Source: Haliotis rubra (taxonomy: Eukaryota). From it: a stretch of DNA of 64,000 nt. The stretch is from positions 868,001 to 932,000 of the forward strand of contig NW_025767120.1 of the NCBI RefSeq assembly GCF_003918875.1, written 5' to 3'. The position numbers and the translations under genes were made by a program. Shown here in pieces: positions 13,901-27,562 of the stretch. Every line of letters begins with the position of its first letter. The first letter of the stretch is position 1. The notes below the pieces were generated by a model. It did no database searches, was not told where the DNA came from, and worked only from the letters and a program-made list of their open reading frames with translations.

Positions 13901-14621
13901 GATGAGGCATACTTAAAGTGTAATTTGAACCTGTCCAGCTTTGATAGTGTATTAGATTTATATATGAATATTCACAAGTTGATGTTATGAACATCGTGTT
14001 GTCTATAGGTAAGATTCTGTCAATGCATACATTAAAGAACTCTGTACCAGCCTCAAAACATCGCAGGTACTGTTAACATAGTGTACATAATGTACACCTA
14101 CCTTTTCCTCATCACAATTACAAAAATGTGTTGTATAGGTATGTAAACCGTATCAGTCGATAAACATCAACAGAATCAAGTTTGACAAATATTCCTCCAT
14201 TATTGTAACCGGCTGTCAACATGTCGTTACATGTATAAAGGGAGTTGTGTGTTGCTTTCCGTTCGATTGGCATTTTCGATTTCAGACTGATTCAAATATA
14301 CATAAAAACAAAGGCAACACAATTAATCCACAAAACTACATCATAACTTTAAGATTTTAACTTTCCATTCTCAATGTATTTCGACTATATTTCAGTTCTG
14401 TATGAATTTGTTTAATTTAGATAAATTGAAATGATCTAGCTGGTTACATATGAATTAAAGTTATCATTTGTTGGTAAATACGTGTTGCTTATGACCTCTC
14501 CCTTTTGTTCGTAGACAAATACCCCAACCTGGCCGTCTACTGTGAACGTATGAAGGAAATGTTCTGGCCCGACTGGGACCAGTGCATCACACATGGTGGA
14601 ACGAGGAAGACAACCAAGTAG
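10943..14621 (+). pseudogene. FAXC: FAXC-like type B, copy B: exon 1 inverted, exon 2 mostly deleted, exons 3-6 intact
   Basis: Exon 1 lies on the minus strand at 10943-11061. Only 20 nt of exon 2 remain (11860-11879). Exons 12129-12325, 12818-13017, 13334-13450 and 14515-14621 are open and nearly identical to copy C. Confidence 0.85.
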
Positions 14622-14762
14622 TAACTTTTCCAGAGTGCTGTACTGACAGTTTTGGTATAATATGAATCATTTGCTTGTTCTTCCAAAGTCTGTTGATATA
14701 CTTTGGTTGTGAAAGGAGTTCAGATTCTCTTTCGTGCACCAGTGAGTGAGTGTCTGACCTTG

Positions 14763-14764
<2 letters not shown>

Positions 14765-14808
<44 letters not shown>

Positions 14809-14810
14809 TG
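14765..14810. repeat. (GCGT)n microsatellite (degenerate paralog at 25172-25224)
   Basis: About 11 perfect units downstream of the copy B stop. Confidence 0.95.
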
Positions 14811-16034
14811 TTGAGGGCTAAGAGAAGTCGGTAGTTCTGAGACTGGTCGGGCTTCTAATTGTACTTCAATTATATAGTGTTGCCATTCTTTTGTCCCTCA
14901 CAGTAAAAATTAAATATTACCTAAAGCAACGCTACACATACTGATTTACTACCTCCATCTTCTTGGCATGTCAGTAATGTATATTGTGTGTCTTTGAAAT
15001 GAAAATAGCTTTGTTTAAAAAAAAATTGTATTATGCTGTTCTTTGTTCTTAGTTGTGTTGTTCCTGGTTGTCCAAAACCACAGTGAACTACATTGTTATC
15101 AAGTTATCATTTATGTTTTGTTTAACGCCGCAAACATCAACTCTCCAACTATATGAGAATAGTATAATCGAGTAAGGTCAAACATATTTATTTTTCAGAA
15201 TTATTCGGAATTAAAAATGTCCAGTGGACTTTGATAATCAGAACCATTTTTGCGCCTGCCTAACTTACACGACATACGCACAACTGTGAAAGAGCAGAAA
15301 TGGGCCATTGTCAGTATATCAATATGAATGACTAAAGTCAAGAATATTTCACTTGAAAGTGCCATGTTACGTACTGCAATCACGTGGTTCAGCACCTATA
15401 CAGTCGGATTGAACATTCAGTGAGTGAGTGAGTGAATTTAGTTTGACGCAGCACTCAGCTGTATTCCAGCTATATGGCGGTGGTCTGTAAATAATCGAGT
15501 TTGGACCAGACAATCCAGTGATCAACAGCATGAGCATCGCAAATGGAAACCGATGACATGTGTCAACCAAGCCAGCGAGCCTAACCACCCGATCCCGTTG
15601 GTCGCCTCTTACGACAAGTCATGGGTTACTGAAAGCCAGGGCCCCGTTCCCCAAAGCGATCGTAACGCTACGACGGTCGTAAGTCTATGTTAAAGCATGG
15701 GTGTCATGATCTAAGCGCTACGAACGCTTTGTGGAACGAGGCTTAGGGCTCCGTTCCCCAAAGCGATCGTAACGCTACGACAGTCGTAAGTCTATGTTAA
15801 AGCATGGGGGTTGCAATCTAAGCGCTAAGATCGCTTTGTGGAACGGGGCCCAGATTATCTACAGAACGCCGCCAAAAAGCTGGAATATTGCTGAGTGCGG
15901 TGTAAAACTAAACACACTCACTCACTAATGAAGGCCAATTCTAACCCGGACCTTCACGGGTCGAACATGTAGTTCTAAAGGCTAATTACCATTTAACTTT
16001 GACATCTGTCTCGAACCCTTAATTTTATAAGTTA

Positions 16035-17066
16035 CAGTACAACCAGAAATTATTGAGAATTTAAAGATTGTAATTTAAAAAAAAAAATCACTCATTACTC
16101 ACCTATTTAATGTGAATATTAGCGGAACATAACTCCAGATTCAGAGCCTGTGAATGCTTTGAACGATGTTTTGGGTCATTGTCCTGCTGGAAAATCCAAA
16201 TATTTCCTTAGAACACGTGAGGAGATGGAAGTAAATGTCCCTCGAGAATATCTGTGTACCGCTCACTGTTCATATTCCCTTCAAATACACAGAGGGGCGT
16301 TGCCCCTAACACACATATGCCACCCCACACGTTAAATTTCGGACTGTACTTTGGGCGTTGATACAACTAAGGTTCTTCAGTTTTTTGGTCCAGAATTTCA
16401 GTGTATTAGGACACAGCCACACAGAACTTTCATCTGAGAAAATCACACTGTCCCAGTTAAAATTTCTATGCTGTAAGCACCAGTTCAACATTCGCTCCTT
16501 TTGTTCAGGTTTCATGATCGGTGATGGAATTCCTCGACTTTTCTGCCAACCCATTGCATGCAGCTCAGTTCTGATTGTCTCCTTACAGACAGACACATTT
16601 CCTCTATCAATGATATCCAGCCTTAAGTTTTCTAAACTCCTTCGTTTGTTTTTAGAAACAAGAATACCAAGCCGCCTCATGTCACCAACGGTCAATTTTC
16701 TGGGCCTACTTGCGCCTCCCTGGTGCTCAATGCCATATCCATTTGCAATATTTTTCAAAACACGATATACAGTGGACAAAGGGATGCCTGTTATACTTGA
16801 AATCACTTTAGCTGATCTGATGTCCTTATTATAATACTCTAAAATCAACTTCCTCTTCTCTAAATCATCCATACTGAGGATCACTAAAAATGTCGTCTGC
16901 TAGCGAGTAAACAAAGGGGAATAACTCTTCACAAACTAATGTAAAAGAATTAACGGAGTTTTCTCTCTTGAATGAAACCAAGCACTTGATAGCTGGTCAA
17001 GGTTGTTTATATTAGAAATCCAATTAAACATATTCCTAAAATTCTCAATAATTTCTGGTCATACTA
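16035..17066 (-). mobile_element. Tc1/mariner transposon, internally deleted, frameshifted transposase
   Basis: TIR cagtacaaccagaaattattgagaat / attctcaataatttctggtcatacta, TA TSD, empty site at ~7415. ORF 16306-16884 has an HTH and WDSVIFSDES; FQQDNDPKH lies in a shifted frame. Confidence 0.92.
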
Positions 17067-18372
17067 TATAAGATGTAATCCCCATTGTTGATCCTTATCA
17101 CTGATGTTTTGTACATTTATAGACAGTCATGCTGTCCTGTGCTGTGGTATCATTAATCTGTGTCTTAAACTGGTTAAATGCATGTACATGTAGACATAGT
17201 CTATTCTTGCAACCAAAAGATATGTAAACATAACCATTTCGTGCATCATATGTGTATTTAACATACATAAGTTGTACAAAATAATTATTTAGACATGTAC
17301 CTCGGTGCCGCGATCGGAGTGTGTATAAATTTCAATTCACTCGAGTGACTATATTGGTCCCGGAACAAAGAGCGGGGACTCACCCCTAGCCTAGGTGGGG
17401 TAATTCACATTATTCACAGCTCTTACGAAATACATGTTATTACCATATGAGGCTTATATGAGGACATCGTAAACAAACAAACAAATGTGAAGTAGCAAAG
17501 TAGTAGTATTAATCCTGAGAGACAGAGACTGAAAACTTTTCTTCCTTAATCATTTCCAATTAGCCTACGGAGGGTAAGGCTTGGTGCTCTAGGGAACCAC
17601 GGCCACCACAACTATCAGTGTGTGCTGACCTGGCGAATAGTTCTTCTGGTTTATTTATATATTTACAGAAAACTATCGGCTCAATGTTATCAGATCACAC
17701 CGAGAGTGAGTGAGTTGGGTTTTACGCAGCTTTTAGCAATATTGCAGCAATATCACGGTGGGGGACACCAGAAATGGGCTTCACACATTTTACTCATCCA
17801 GGGAATCGAACCCGGATCTTCGGCATGACGATCGAACGCTTTAATCACTATCTACCCCACCGCCCCTCACACCGAGAACAGTACACTGTCATCATGTACA
17901 TAGGAATCTGCTCGTATTGATATTCAAGGTCAATGTAAGCGTGTTTAGCACACCCACAAACCGCCTGTTGTTATAGTAACCAGAACACCTGGTAACCCAG
18001 TGCGATCACCCAGAACTTTTAAATGGAACTAACATATTTGAATAATGACTGTTACAATCTGAAAATATGTCTCTTTCTGTGCACAACCTGGATTTCGGTT
18101 TGGGTGCTTGTTCTAACTTTTGACCTTTGACCTTTCGTTCTCAGTCACTGAAAATTATTTATATCGAAAAGGCGATCGAGGTCAGGGCTGTACCAAAAGA
18201 TTTTATCATTTTAAATAACACAGTACTTTTGTTTACTGTTACATATAGGTACGACTTCATACATACATAGACTAAGACATGCAGCCCTTTCCGTTCGATA
18301 CAAAAACTGTACTGTGATATACCCGGCGAGTTTTCTCTGGGTATCAAAACAATCGTTCACCGGTGGTTTCCG

Positions 18373-19502
18373 CAGCTAAGATACATAGTGTTCACTGACA
18401 TGAACGCTATGGAGCACCTCCATAGGCCGCAATGGTGGAAATCCTTTGTCACACTTTCGCGCACTCGTTACGATTTTTGCGCACGAAAACCTTTTATAAA
18501 TGACTTCTTTGTACTTATACCTACACGTGCGCCCTATTTTCGTTATCAAAATATCTAAAAATCAATATTTACAAGCCATCAAACATTTCAGATGATCGCT
18601 CACATACGAGTGGCGCCATTTTGAATCACGTGACCTGTGACGCGAAAGGGATTCCCTCCCTAAAATAGTAACACACGTGTTCCATACCTCGTTGTTTGTT
18701 TACAACAAATTTTCATACATATTTAGGCAATTAAAACGAGTGTATGGAGACTTTCGTTTCCAATCTAGACTGATTGACCATCCCTGCTCTTTCAACAGCT
18801 GTTTTCAAAGGATTTGCTGATGAGTTTTCAATGCTTCATATAATATCAGATTATTGCTGTCACCTTAACAGTTCCATGGGTGTCTCTGTACTACTCCTGA
18901 ATATTTGCCTACAAAACAGAGTTTACTAATAAGACTAATTAGAAATTAGGAATTAAATTATTAATGAGTTCACGAATTAATTATCTATAATTTCATTTGT
19001 ACCACAAAACCTGAAATATTTCTCTGTTTACATTTGTGGTTAGTAAAATGCACGTTGTCTGTGCACATTCGTCTGTTCCGGAGCAGAACTTCAAAACCGT
19101 TCACTATTTCTTCACCAAACTATGCACATAGATAGATCTGGTGGTGTACTGGTGCCTTTGTGGTAGTTTTGGATGTTTGCATAAAATATTTTTGTGTGTG
19201 TTTCCATGGCAACAATTTCGACTTCGACTGAAATTGGTAAGTAGTGTTCTTTTTCCGCAGCAGAACTGTAAAACCGTTCACTATTTCTTCGCCAAACTTG
19301 GCACATAGATTGGCCTTGTGGTGTATTGGTGCCTTTTGGTAGTTTTGGAATTCTGAATACTATATTTTTCCGTGGCAACAAGTTTGACTTCGACTGAATT
19401 TGGTGGTTGTGCTCTTTTCCAAAGCAGAACTTAAAAACCTTTCAATACTCTCCTTCCACTTTGCCATTTGTTCATGTCAGTGAACGCTATGTATCTTAGC
19501 TA
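18373..19502. mobile_element. Non-autonomous TIR element with 9-bp TSD (MULE-like)
   Basis: TIR (c/t)agctaagatacatag.gttcactgacatgaac. TSD tggtttccg. Empty site at 8666-8674. Internal ~178-bp tandem subrepeats at 19080-19440. Confidence 0.85.
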
Positions 19503-19544
19503 TGGTTTCCGCAGCTGACTTGATAACTAGATGTTACTACATAC

Positions 19545-19657
19545 TTTAACAACAGCTGCCTGAGGACGGCGACCGATGCAACAGCTACTACAACACCTCC
19601 GACTGCATATGCAATTTTCTGTGACCCGTCTACGAAAGTGTCTAAAAATCCCTCCAT
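19545..19657 (-). CDS. Duplicated exon 1 of type-A FAXC-like gene (orphan or alternative first exon)
   Basis: MEGFLDTFVDGSQKIAYAVGGVVVAVASVAVLRQLLLK, with ATG and AA|GTATGT donor intact. No exon 2 occurs in its own duplication unit. Confidence 0.8.
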
Positions 19658-20667
19658 GGTTCGTGAATCGTCGACAAGTATGTACCTGACCTGGATACCG
19701 GTTGTACGTGGGTGAACACACCGACCTGAATAACTCCAAACATTCACTCTCTGGTAAGCCACTGTCAACGTACGTCGCTTCGAGAAGGTGCATTTATGTT
19801 CATCAAAGTATTTCTTTTACACAGTGAACAGTGTTCAAGTTTTATCAAGTTTCAAGAAAAGAAATAACGGATACATTGGAAACATGAATTTGTTTATATC
19901 TTCAAATCGTGTTCTAATGGTAGTATACAAATTTCAAATAACATCAACTATTTTCAATTATATACATCATCATATCCGTACAGTCAGTGAGTGAGTGAGT
20001 GAGTTTTGTTTTACGCCGCATTTAGCAATGTTCCAGCACAGCGGGGGACACCAGATATGGGCTTCACACACTGCACCCATGTGGGGAATCGAACCCGGGT
20101 CTTCAGCGTGACGAGCAAACGCTTTAACCACTAAGCTACCCCACCACCCCGTGCAGTCAGCAGAACTGATGCATTCACCTGTGTGGGGAAGGTAGAGAGT
20201 TTATGCTCGAGCAGAAATATCACACTCAAGCACATATGGCAAACAAATAAAATGTAGCACGACAGTTATAAAAACTGAAGATGTAATGATCCTGTAACGA
20301 CGTACATTTGACCATACCTGACCTATGCTGAGTCTTAATCTTTGAATATTTACTTCCTTTGAAATTGTATAGGAGCCCCAGTAAGAAGGGAGAGTCAGAA
20401 CCTGAGGAAATCTAGACTTGCTTTCCGCTGCAGAAAGGGCGAAGCGGAAAAGAAAATAATGCGAATCAGAAACTGTAAGACAGACTATGTTTGACCCTAC
20501 ACAAGGGCGAAAACGACTGTTTATCTACCCGATCCAACTGACAGTCCAAGGCCCTTACCACTTATGCCCCTTTTCAACATGATCTTGAAATACCGATAAT
20601 CATGGTGGATGTTATTTAGGTCGGCCAGTTTAACACAGCGTAGGTTCAGTGGCATACCCAGAAAACG
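19658..20667. promoter_or_regulatory. Putative bidirectional promoter between divergent type-A and type-B first exons
   Basis: Two divergent ATGs 1010 bp apart. No specific core promoter motif was identified. Confidence 0.5.
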
Positions 20668-23600
20668 ATGGAGAGTATCGTGGATAGTTTCACCGACCTG
20701 GACACATCACAGAAAGTACTGTATGCTGTCGGAGGTATTGTCGTATCAATCGTATCGGTCATCGGCCTGAGGAAACTATGTTTCAAGTAAGTATCTCGTG
20801 TGAACAGCTAGTCAAGAGATATACTCACTCGATATTTCGCTAAACAAACGGGTGACCCAGTTGTCGACGTCGCTCTGCAGAGCGTCGTATGGGTTGGAAT
20901 ACAGGCTCGCCCCTCTATGTGAGCACAATACGCGTGCTCGAACGTTTAACCGACATGTCTGGCTTTCCTCAGACTTAAAGCCGCCATTTGACTGTAACAC
21001 TGTTGAAACTGGCATTAAACCAAATTCACTCACTCACCCTAACAAAACGAGATGCTGGAGAGACCATAAGTATGATAACTCGATATCTCGCGGTTGTCTC
21101 GATATAACATCTTGGTCCCGGCAAAATCCTTTATAATTTATCATTATTCAAGCTCTTTTAACTCGATACGTATGTCTCAATAGTTCGGATATCTCGATAT
21201 AATGTCATGGTCCCAACAAGCAAAATTACCCTTTTAACTCGATATTTGCAAAGAAACTCGATATTCACCTACCTTTCGTGGGCAATTATCCATCTGAAGT
21301 GAGATTGTTTCCACACGTTTACACACGGTGCGGCATGAATCAAAGGGATGCGGTAGTGAAAACTAATTAGGGCTAATTGAGTCGACAGTTGTTATTTAAT
21401 GAGGATTAATTAAGAAGGATTTAATAAGGAAGTACTCACTGTTACAACTAAAACTTTTGATAACGGATTTTAGTTTCGAATCAAAACATACTGAGAAACG
21501 TTTTGTTTTCTTTCATAGTGATATGTGATGATATGCCCTGGTCTGACGTCTCGAAGTTCGGATAACTCGATATTTTTCTTGGTCCCATGAATATCGAGAC
21601 AACGGTGCTCGACTGTATATTTTTTTTCTATTCAGAAGACTCCTCTTGTATGTTTAACAATATGAGACTGCATTCCGGCTGCTTGTAGTAGCCCAGATTT
21701 AAGCTGGTTTTATAGTGCTCGCTCACTGACATGCCATGCCGTAGTTAAGCATGAATACACCACTCAAACACATTATACTGACTCCGAGCCGACCAGTCAT
21801 TGTTGTACCCATTAATGCCGAGCGCCAGGCAGGGACCAACAAGTACCATATTTTAACGCATGTTGGTATGACGTGGCCGGAGATCGAACCCGCAAGCTCC
21901 CGCCCTCCAGGCGGATGCTCTAACCACTACACCACGGAAGCGGCCCATTGTACTATTTTAAAACAGTCACGAGTAGCATATCGGTTTAAAATCATGGAAC
22001 ACTAAATTACACAGTGTATGTCGTACAATGACTGGGTTACAATACTTTAAGTTTATGTCAGCGACAAGTGAGAATAATCAGCTGTTCCTTGATCTATTAC
22101 AATATTTTATAGAGAGAAAAAGACAAAGAAGGACTATCCTCGAGATACGGTGATCCATCATCAGGTCGGTAGAAGTCCCTACGCCCCAAGCATGACGCCA
22201 TTTGCGGTGAAGCTGGAGACCTATCTCCGGATGGCCAAGATACCCTACCAGGTAGGTGAGAGATGAGTGAATGAGCGTTGTTTCATGCCGCAGTTCGCAA
22301 TATTCTCATTGTGTCACGACATATCGGAATCTAGTAGCGTCCGCTCGTCACGCCGAATACCCATGAATGTCAGGGTTAGAATATGGATTTTCAGTAACCC
22401 ATGCTCGTCGTAAGATGCGACTAACGGGATCGGGTGGTCAGGCTCGCTGACTTGGTTGACACATGTCATCGGTTACCTATTGCGCAGATCGCTGCTCATG
22501 CTGTTGATCACTGGAATGTCTGGTCCAGACTCGATTATTTACAGACCGCCGCCATATAGCTGGACTACAGCTGAGTGCGGCGTAAAACTAAACTCACTCA
22601 CTCACTCACTCGTCACGCTCAAGACCCGGGTTCTATTCCCCTCATGGGTGAATCCCACACTCACACTCACCCACTCTGAATCTGGTCGAAGAAAGCAAGA
22701 TGTTGACTGCATGAGTAGCGATTCATACCCTAGCTGTTTCACAAAACACATATTCAGTTGGATCAAGCACTAATACCCTAATCCTTTATGAATCACTCTA
22801 ATCCTAAGCCATGTAAGTGTCTGTTTTCTACATGAAAATATGATCGTCCACACAGAACGTCCATGGGTTTCAACCTTCATCAAAAGGCAAATTCACTTGG
22901 ATTGAGTATAATGGACAGGCAGTGGCGGACTCTACACTGTGCATCGAGTTCCTCAACAAGAAGCTGGGAGTGGACCTCAACAGGAACCTGAGTCCTGCTG
23001 ACAGAGGAGTAGCTCAGGCGATGCAGGTTATGGCGGAGGAACATCTGTACTGGTGAGAAACAGTCAGTTGGTGCCATTTAATCTGTCTGTCCATGGTAGC
23101 CATTACGGCAAACATTGATTGCTTGAATAATCCTTGTATATGATAGCGGTGTGTACATGTCGGAACTAGACAATGCAGTGATTAACATCATGCTCATTCT
23201 ATCCTGTGCTTCGATCCCTTAGGCGGGTAACCTAGTGGTGAAAGCGTTTGTTCGAAGACCTGGGTGCGATTCCTTACATGGGGCAATGTGTGAAGCTCAT
23301 TTTGGTGTCTCCCGTGATATTGCTAACGCTAACGCCGCGTAAAACCAAATTCACTCACTCACTCACTCACGTAACGGCGTCAAACGAAATACGTTAATAC
23401 ACGATGTACGATGTGTTGTAACTTTCGACAGGTGTTATGTTTTAGGGGGACACATTACGTCTTTAAGATAAACTTCTGGCAATTTCCATCATAGTTTGCT
23501 TGCATGAATATTGAATAGTGAATGAGTAGTACTGTGGTACTGTGGTTTCAGGTTCCTTGTCCTCTTCCGAATGCAATATGACAACGACAAATCTTTGATG

Positions 23601-25028
23601 CTGAATGCTTTTAAAATAGGCAAGTTTACGTTTTGGATGTTTCAACGACAAGTAAAAAAGCAAATATGGAGTCAAGGCTTGGGCCGACACACAGAAGAGG
23701 AGGGAACAGAAATGTTTAAGAAGGATCTACAATCCCTGTCGGACTTCATAGGTATGCAGAAGTTTTAAGCTGTTGTGAACTGAATTATATACTGAGACGT
23801 TAAATATGTTTGAGCAGCGAGGGTAGGTTCTGATGGACCAAAATATAAACTTGACACTTGTTATATCGAAATCGACAATGGCAGTACAGACGATGGGAAC
23901 TGGATTGCATCATACCTGAAGTGGGAAAATATTGCATGACGTTCCATGACCTCCTCCACATGTGTTGAATATGATGAAACTGTATCCTGAAATTTGGCAC
24001 TTGTGGTGTGGTTTGTTATATTTCAGGAGCGATGATACTTTGTTTCATGTGATTTGTTTTGTTTAAATATATTCATCTGTCCACATATGCTGGTTGTTCC
24101 AGGGACCAAGAAGTTCCTGATGGGGGACCAGCCCTGTGAGACGGACTGTGCGGTGTTCGGTCAGCTGTCAGAGTTCTACTGGCAGTTCATGGGCACTGGA
24201 CACAAGGACATCCTCAAGGGCAAGTGACTTTTAAGTTATCATTTCCACTTAACTTAACACAAATCGAAGTCTCCAATGGACAGGTGATGAGGCATACTTA
24301 AAGTGTAATTTGAACCTGTCCAGCTTTGATAGTGTATTAGATTTATATATGAATATTCACACGTTGATGTTATGAACATCGTGTTGTATATAGGTAAGAT
24401 TCTGTCAATGCATACATTAAAGAACTCTGTACCAGCCTCAAAACATCGCAGGTACTGTTAACATAGTGTACATAATGTACACCTACCTTTTCCTCATCAC
24501 AATTACAAAAATGTGTTGTATAGGTATGTAAACCGTATCAGTCGATAAACATCAACAGAATCAAGTTTGACAAATATTCCTCCATTATTGTAACCGGCTG
24601 TCAACATGTCGTTACATGTATAAAGGGAGTTGTGTGTTGCTTTCCGTTCGATTGGCATTTTCGATTTCAGACTGATTCAAATATACATAAAAACAAAGGC
24701 AACACAATTAATCCACAAAACTACATCATTACTTTAAGATTTTAACTTTCCATTCTCAATGTATTTCGACTATGTGATGTGAAATTATGTGAACTGTTTC
24801 AGTTCTGTATGAATTTGTTTAATTTAGATAAATTGAAATGATCTAGCTGGTTACATATGAATTAAAATTATCATTTGTTGGTAAATACGTGTTGCTTATG
24901 ACCTCTCCCTTTTGTTCGTAGACAAATACCCCAACCTGGCCGCCTACTGTGAACGTATGAAGGAAACGTTCTGGCCCGACTGGGACCAGTGCATCACACA
25001 CGGTGGAACAAGGGAGGCAACCAAGTAG
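20668..25028 (+). CDS. FAXC: FAXC-like type B, copy C (intact, ~292 aa)
   Basis: Exons 20668-20786, 22113-22251, 22856-23052, 23552-23751, 24103-24219 (GC donor), 24922-25028. Total 879 nt, open, TAG stop. Confidence 0.9.
21071..21617. mobile_element. Tc1/pogo-type MITE remnant
   Basis: Repeated ctcgata motifs in both orientations. Right terminus ctcgactg-TA. Confidence 0.5.
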
Positions 25029-27404
25029 TAACTTTCCCTGAGAGCTGTACTGACAGTTTTGGTATAATATGAATCATTTGCTTGTTCTTCCAAAGTCTGT
25101 TGATATACTTTGGTTGTGAAAGGAGTTCAGATTCTCTTTCGTGCACCAGTGAGTGAGTGTCTGATCTTGATTGCGTCGTGCGCGCGTGCCTGCGTGCCTG
25201 CGTGCGTGCGTGCGTGTGTGCGTGTTGAGGGCTAAGAGAAGTCGGTAGTTCTGAGACTGGTCGGGCTTCTAAACGTACTTCAGTTATATAATGTGGCCAT
25301 TCTTTTGTCCCTCACAATAAAAATTAAATGTTACCTAAAGCAACGCTACACATACTGATTCACTACCTCCATCTTCTTGGCATGTCAGTAATGTATATTG
25401 TGTGTCTTTGAAATGAAAATAGCTTTGTTTAAAATAAAATTGTATTATGCTGTTCTTTGTTCTTAGTTGTGTTATTCCTGGTTGTCCAAAACCACAGTGA
25501 ACTACATTGTTATCAAGTTATCATTTATGTTTTGTTTAACGCCACAAACATTAACTCTCGAACTATATAAGTATAGTATAATCGAGTAAGGTCAAACATA
25601 CACGTGATTGATACGATGAGCAATGTCATTAGCCAAATCACAGCGTCCATCCGATCCATAAAAGGTCAAGGTCGGGTCTTTTTCACATGACTGTTCTCTG
25701 TACCGAAGTCGCCTTGACCATTGAAGTCAAGCTTGGACGTGATCATTTCCCTGTAGTTATAATCGCGGATGACACGACCCAGATAGGCTCAAGCAGTTGG
25801 TCAAGCAGTGGCAGCACTAATTGCAAGTTAATATGCTTGTCAACTGAGGCTGGCATACAATGGAAGATAAGACTGTGTCGAACCCACACCCTCAGACCTG
25901 CCTGACACCTTGGATGGGACTCAACCCAACAAAAGTACTAGAATCTTTACTATACTGAGAAAGTGTAATCCCAAGCTCCTATGTTACATTTGACCACTTT
26001 CTAAATGGCATTGAGTATTCATGACAGTAATATAAAATGAATACAATGATCGTGCAACGACATTTAACCATATCTGACCTATACTAACGCTTAGTCCCTG
26101 AATATATACTATCCAAACAAAGAAACGCATAGGCGTTTTGTATTTTTAAAAATCTATTAATTACCTATTGTGTTCAAACAATTGTCAAAATATGTAACAA
26201 AAGTGTTGATAACATGATTAGGCTCACTTGCAATAAATCAGCAATCTTGCCTTAAGTTCTGCCAAAATATATAATGCTTGTCATAAAAGTGAGTGAGCAT
26301 TGTTTAACGCCGCTTTGATAAGTATTTCTGTAATTTCGGACAACAGCATGAAATCATACAGGTTTCAGATTTAAGTGAGTGATTGTGTAAATGGTTTTAT
26401 GCCGCTTTTAGCAATATTCCAGCAATATCACGGCGGGGGATGGGCTTCACACATTTTACCCATGTGGGAATCGACTCCGGGCCTTCGGCGTAACGAGTGA
26501 ACGCTTTAATCACTAGGCTACCCCAACGCCCTAAGATTTAAGTACTTTGATGAAGTTCAGTAGCATAGGTAGAGCTCTGACAAACCTAGGAACATCATCA
26601 GTACGAATCGTCGGTCGTAAATCACGATCATAGGATTGTGGTACGCTCGGGGGACGCAACTCTGCGCATCGAAATCCAAGGTGTCTGGTTACAGCTTGCC
26701 CTTTAATCGAAAACAATGACCGGCGTTAAAACAATAGATATACGAAGAAATGGCAGCAATGGGAAGTTATCGACATGTCAATATAATTGACTGAAGTCAA
26801 GAATATTTCACTTGAAAATGCCACAAGGTGACATCACATTACATGAAGGACCAGCACAGTCGATTTGTATGTTTATTTCTAAAGTCTAATTTCTATTAAA
26901 CTTTGACATCTAAAGAACTAAAATTTAGTTTAAGATAACTTATATAACTAATCTTTTATACATATCCAGAAATGCATTTCAGATATCAATACTTCGTTTA
27001 AGCTATCATTAATTCAATGAGAGTTATGTTTTATTAAATTCAAGACATCTTCGATTCTCACCGTTACTGATATTTACAATCAAATAAAACATATCATTAG
27101 TGATCTTGACAATATCTTTATATCAATTCTGTAATAAAAGTATCATGAAAGAACGGCAAAAAAATTATTCCAGTCCCCGAAAGGCGGGAAATGATTCACA
27201 GATATCTTCAAAAAGGAAATGTAGGTAATGCGTTCGATCGGCACACCAAGGGCCCCTGTTCGATTCTGTGGAACATAGTGCAATGGTAGAAGCCCATTTC
27301 TGATATCGCTGTCATATAGCTTAAAGAAGCATGGACTCACCTATTAACTACATACATACAGTAGTAATACATGTATGTCAAAACTAATGAATTCATTATG
27401 AAGT

Positions 27405-27562
27405 TGGGGCGGTGGGGTAGCCCAATGGTTAAAGCGTTCGCTCGTCACGCCGAAGGCCCGGGTTCGATTCCCCACATGGGCGCAATGTGTAAAGCCCAAT
27501 TCTGGTGTCCCCCGTCGTGATATTGCTGTAAAAGCGGCGTAAAAAACCCCTCACTCACTCAC
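27405..27562 (+). mobile_element. tRNA(Asp-like)-head SINE, family 1 (other copies ~5714, 6450, 8017-, 10226-, 12498, 17705-, 19985-, 23220, 26375-, 37868-)
   Basis: Pol III A/B boxes (tagcccaatggtt, ggttcgattcc), shared body and (ACTC)n tail. Confidence 0.85.

Larger units (their letters stand above)
6677..25600. repeat. Recent direct tandem duplication: unit 1 = 6677-15190, unit 2 = 15191-25600
   Basis: Both units begin ttttcagaatYattcggaatt and end aaggtcaaacata. They are near-identical apart from unit-specific TE insertions and the inversion. Confidence 0.92.

Noticed and set aside
16358-16834. 158-aa plus-strand ORF
   Set aside because: Antisense shadow of the Tc1 transposase.
19080-19440. 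Spaced repeats superficially like a CRISPR array
   Set aside because: About 178-bp degenerate tandem units inside a TIR element, with no unique spacers, in a eukaryotic context.
27405-27480. tRNA-Asp(GTC)-like cloverleaf (also at 5714, 10320, 20080 and elsewhere)
   Set aside because: The acceptor stem does not close, and the sequence continues into a repeated SINE body and (ACTC)n tail. It is a SINE head, not a tRNA gene.
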